Assembly (NCBI GenBank): GCA_027623295.1
Contig: JAQBXR010000007.1
Span: 43,552 to 107,551 of the forward strand
Source of the DNA: Planctomycetota bacterium
GTDB taxonomy: Bacteria > Planctomycetota > UBA1135
DNA: 64,000 nucleotides
Reading direction: 5' to 3'
In this document: in pieces, positions 61,596 through 64,000 of the stretch
Position numbering within the stretch: position 1 is the first letter of the stretch
Layout of the letters: each line of letters opens with the position of its first letter
Notes under the pieces: generated by a model
The model's database searches: none
Told to the model about the DNA's origin: nothing
The model's input: only the letters and a program-made list of their open reading frames with translations
Made by a program: the position numbers and the translations under genes

Positions 61596-62610
61596 GGTCT
61601 CCGTCTAAAGCACTCGGGTGAGCCTGGATTCTCTGAAGTAGCTGCTGGATGACATCGTCTGGTGTGACGTTTTCAGCTTCGGCAGCAAAGTTGGTGAGAA
61701 TGCGGTGACGCAAAACCGACGGCGCGACGGCATCGACATCTTCTGCGGAAGCGTGGAAGCGACCCTGAATGAGTGCGCGTGCTTTGGCCGCCAGAATCAT
61801 GTTCTGCGATGCGCGCGGGCCGGCGCCCCAAGTGACCCACTGACGAATGAAGTCCGGAGCCTCGTCGGAGGGGCGGGAAGAGCGGGCAATCCGCACCGCA
61901 TAATCGATCACGCTGTCAGAGACCGGCACTTTGCGGACCAAGTTCTGCATTTGCACTAGCTGTTCGGCATCCAACACAACCTCTACTTTGCTTTCGGTGG
62001 ATCCGGTGGTGCGGCGCAGAATCTCGGCCTCTTCCTCAGCGGACGGATAGTCCACCTTGATCAAGAACAAGAAACGGTCGAGTGCCGCTTCGGGAAGGGG
62101 ATAAGTACCTTCTTGTTCAATCGGGTTCTGGGTCGCGAGCACGAAAAACGGATTCGGCAGCGGTCGTGTGGTACCAGCCGAGGAAACTTGACGTTCTTGC
62201 ATGGCTTCCAACAGCGCGGCCTGAGTTTTAGGCGGGGTGCGGTTGATCTCGTCGGCCAACACAATGTTGGAGAACACCGGACCGTTGACGAAGCGAAAAC
62301 TGCGCTCGCCCGTCTCGGGGTCGGCGTGCAGGACCTCCGCGCCGGTAATGTCGGCAGGCATGAGGTCTGGAGTGAACTGAATGCGGCGGAAATCCAGGTC
62401 TAAAGCGCGTGAAAAGGTGCTGATAAGCAGGGTTTTCGCCAATCCTGGCACTCCTACGAGCACGGCATGGCCGCGGGCAGCCAGAGCTATCGAGAGCTCC
62501 TCAATTACTAAATCTTGGCCCACGATCACGCGGCCAATCTGTTCACGGAGCTTTTGGAAGGCCTCAGCGAAGGCCTTGGCAGATGCCACATCGGTTGTTG
62601 GTTCAGTCAT
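61573..62610 (-). CDS. MoxR-family AAA+ ATPase
   Basis: Walker A GVPGLAKT, Walker B VLADEINR, FVLATQNPIEQEGTYPLPEAALDRF and ASPRAS. Confidence 0.92.
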   Translation of the reverse strand: MTEPTTDVASAKAFAEAFQKLREQIGRVIVGQDLVIEELSIALAARGHAVLVGVPGLAKTLLISTFSRALDLDFRRIQFTPDLMPADITGAEVLHADPETGERSFRFVNGPVFSNIVLADEINRTPPKTQAALLEAMQERQVSSAGTTRPLPNPFFVLATQNPIEQEGTYPLPEAALDRFLFLIKVDYPSAEEEAEILRRTTGSTESKVEVVLDAEQLVQMQNLVRKVPVSDSVIDYAVRIARSSRPSDEAPDFIRQWVTWGAGPRASQNMILAAKARALIQGRFHASAEDVDAVAPSVLRHRILTNFAAEAENVTPDDVIQQLLQRIQAHPSALDGDRAAGIGS

Positions 62611-62893
62611 GCGTTTCCTCTTCTAGGTTGTCTTTACGTGCTTGCAGCCCAAGTAGTTCAGCTTTTTTGCGCGCCGCGTCAGGATCTTTCCCGTGAAGGT
62701 CGAGGCGTTGCTGTTCTTCTCTCAACTGATCCTCCCTAGTAGCAGCATCTGCTTGCTCCTTGGCCTCTTGCTGACGGGTCTGCACCAGATCCACAGCGGC
62801 TGGCAGCAAAACATAGCCCCCGGCAAGGATGACGGCACCCCACAAAACGAATTCAAGGACCCGGTTTTTTTGGGAGGTTTCTTCGCGGCCCAT
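62603..62893 (-). CDS. Small single-TM coiled-coil protein (possibly FtsB/DivIC-like)
   Basis: From ATG 62893 the protein reads MGREETSQKNRVLEFVLWGAVILAGGYVLL (TM), then QTRQQEAKEQADAATREDQLREEQQRLD. It lies downstream of eno, as septum-formation-initiator genes do in several phyla. It overlaps the moxR start by 8 nt. The family assignment is weak. Confidence 0.45.
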   Translation of the reverse strand: MGREETSQKNRVLEFVLWGAVILAGGYVLLPAAVDLVQTRQQEAKEQADAATREDQLREEQQRLDLHGKDPDAARKKAELLGLQARKDNLEEETHD

Positions 62894-62959
62894 GGCCACA
62901 GTGATCGGTGAAAATGAGAGCAGGGAAGGCACTGTGCCTCCCTGTTTTGGGACACGGCT

Positions 62960-62988
62960 AATCTACGGACCTTAGAGCAGATTCGCAA
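62960..62988 (-). promoter_or_regulatory. Candidate sigma70-like promoter for the MoxR array
   Basis: On the minus strand, TTGCGA (62988-83) is followed by a 17-nt spacer and TAGATT (62965-60). It lies between the eno terminator and the first gene of the array. The promoter consensus of this lineage is unknown. Confidence 0.3.
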
Positions 62989-63035
62989 ATTTTGAGGCCT
63001 TTAAATGGATGGGAATCCATTGCGCTTATTCCATG

Positions 63036-63067
63036 AAAAAAGCCCCCTCTGCCAAAGCAGAAGGGGC
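63036..63067 (-). terminator. Intrinsic terminator after eno
   Basis: Minus-strand RNA reads GCCCCUUCUGC-UUUG-GCAGAGGGGGC, 11 bp including one G-U pair that would be a C-A mismatch on the plus strand. UUUUUU follows. It lies 28 nt after the eno stop. Confidence 0.65.
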
Positions 63068-63094
63068 GTCTCGAATTCTAGTTCGAAATGGGGC

Positions 63095-64000
<906 letters not shown>

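Overview
This is a dense, chromosome-like 64-kb segment from a moderately GC-rich bacterium (GC judged by eye, not computed). I support about 52 protein-coding genes. I saw no rRNA, tRNA, CRISPR array, transposase or integrase. Most genes lack an obvious Shine-Dalgarno sequence. Many neighbouring genes overlap by 4 nt (ATGA or TTGA), and three divergent gene pairs have start codons only 6-45 nt apart. The gene content hints at a Planctomycetes-Verrucomicrobia-Chlamydiae (PVC) type or related Gram-negative lineage. The hints are a MoxR/DUF58/BatA-like array, a PQQ-type propeller giant, squalene-cyclase-like repeat proteins and CarboxypepD_reg-like proteins. This lineage call is inference only.

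Recognisable housekeeping genes are lgt, lon, sppA, cysS, nusA-infB-rbfA, thiS-thiG, eno (truncated at the window edge), an ABC exporter pair, a MATE pump and a DAACS-family symporter.

Two accessory regions stand out.

1. 11.1-23.4 kb. ATP sulfurylase (sat) and APS kinase (cysC) sit among four alkaline-phosphatase-superfamily genes: three large paralogs and one small cytoplasmic NPP-like enzyme wedged between sat and cysC. The region also holds two paralogous small ribbon-helix-helix proteins with a shared C-terminal LGY tail, two tandem paralogous lipoproteins, and no canonical sulfotransferase.

2. 46.9-62.9 kb. A co-directional, translationally coupled array begins with a MoxR AAA+ ATPase and DUF58 and contains three MIDAS-bearing proteins. 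It continues into a 1328-aa propeller/solenoid protein, a QW-repeat alpha/alpha-toroid protein, a 2-TM protein, a long coiled-coil protein and a low-complexity protein. I consider this the best candidate for an undescribed envelope system.

Other notable items:
- a bacterial Pus10-like pseudouridine synthase, together with a nusA operon that lacks rimP and truB
- a terminator/antiterminator-like leader upstream of nusA
- a split Tm-1-like (UPF0261 plus PEP-hydrolase-like) pair next to a bifunctional aldolase/SDR

All product calls rest on motifs I read in the supplied translations. No database search was run.
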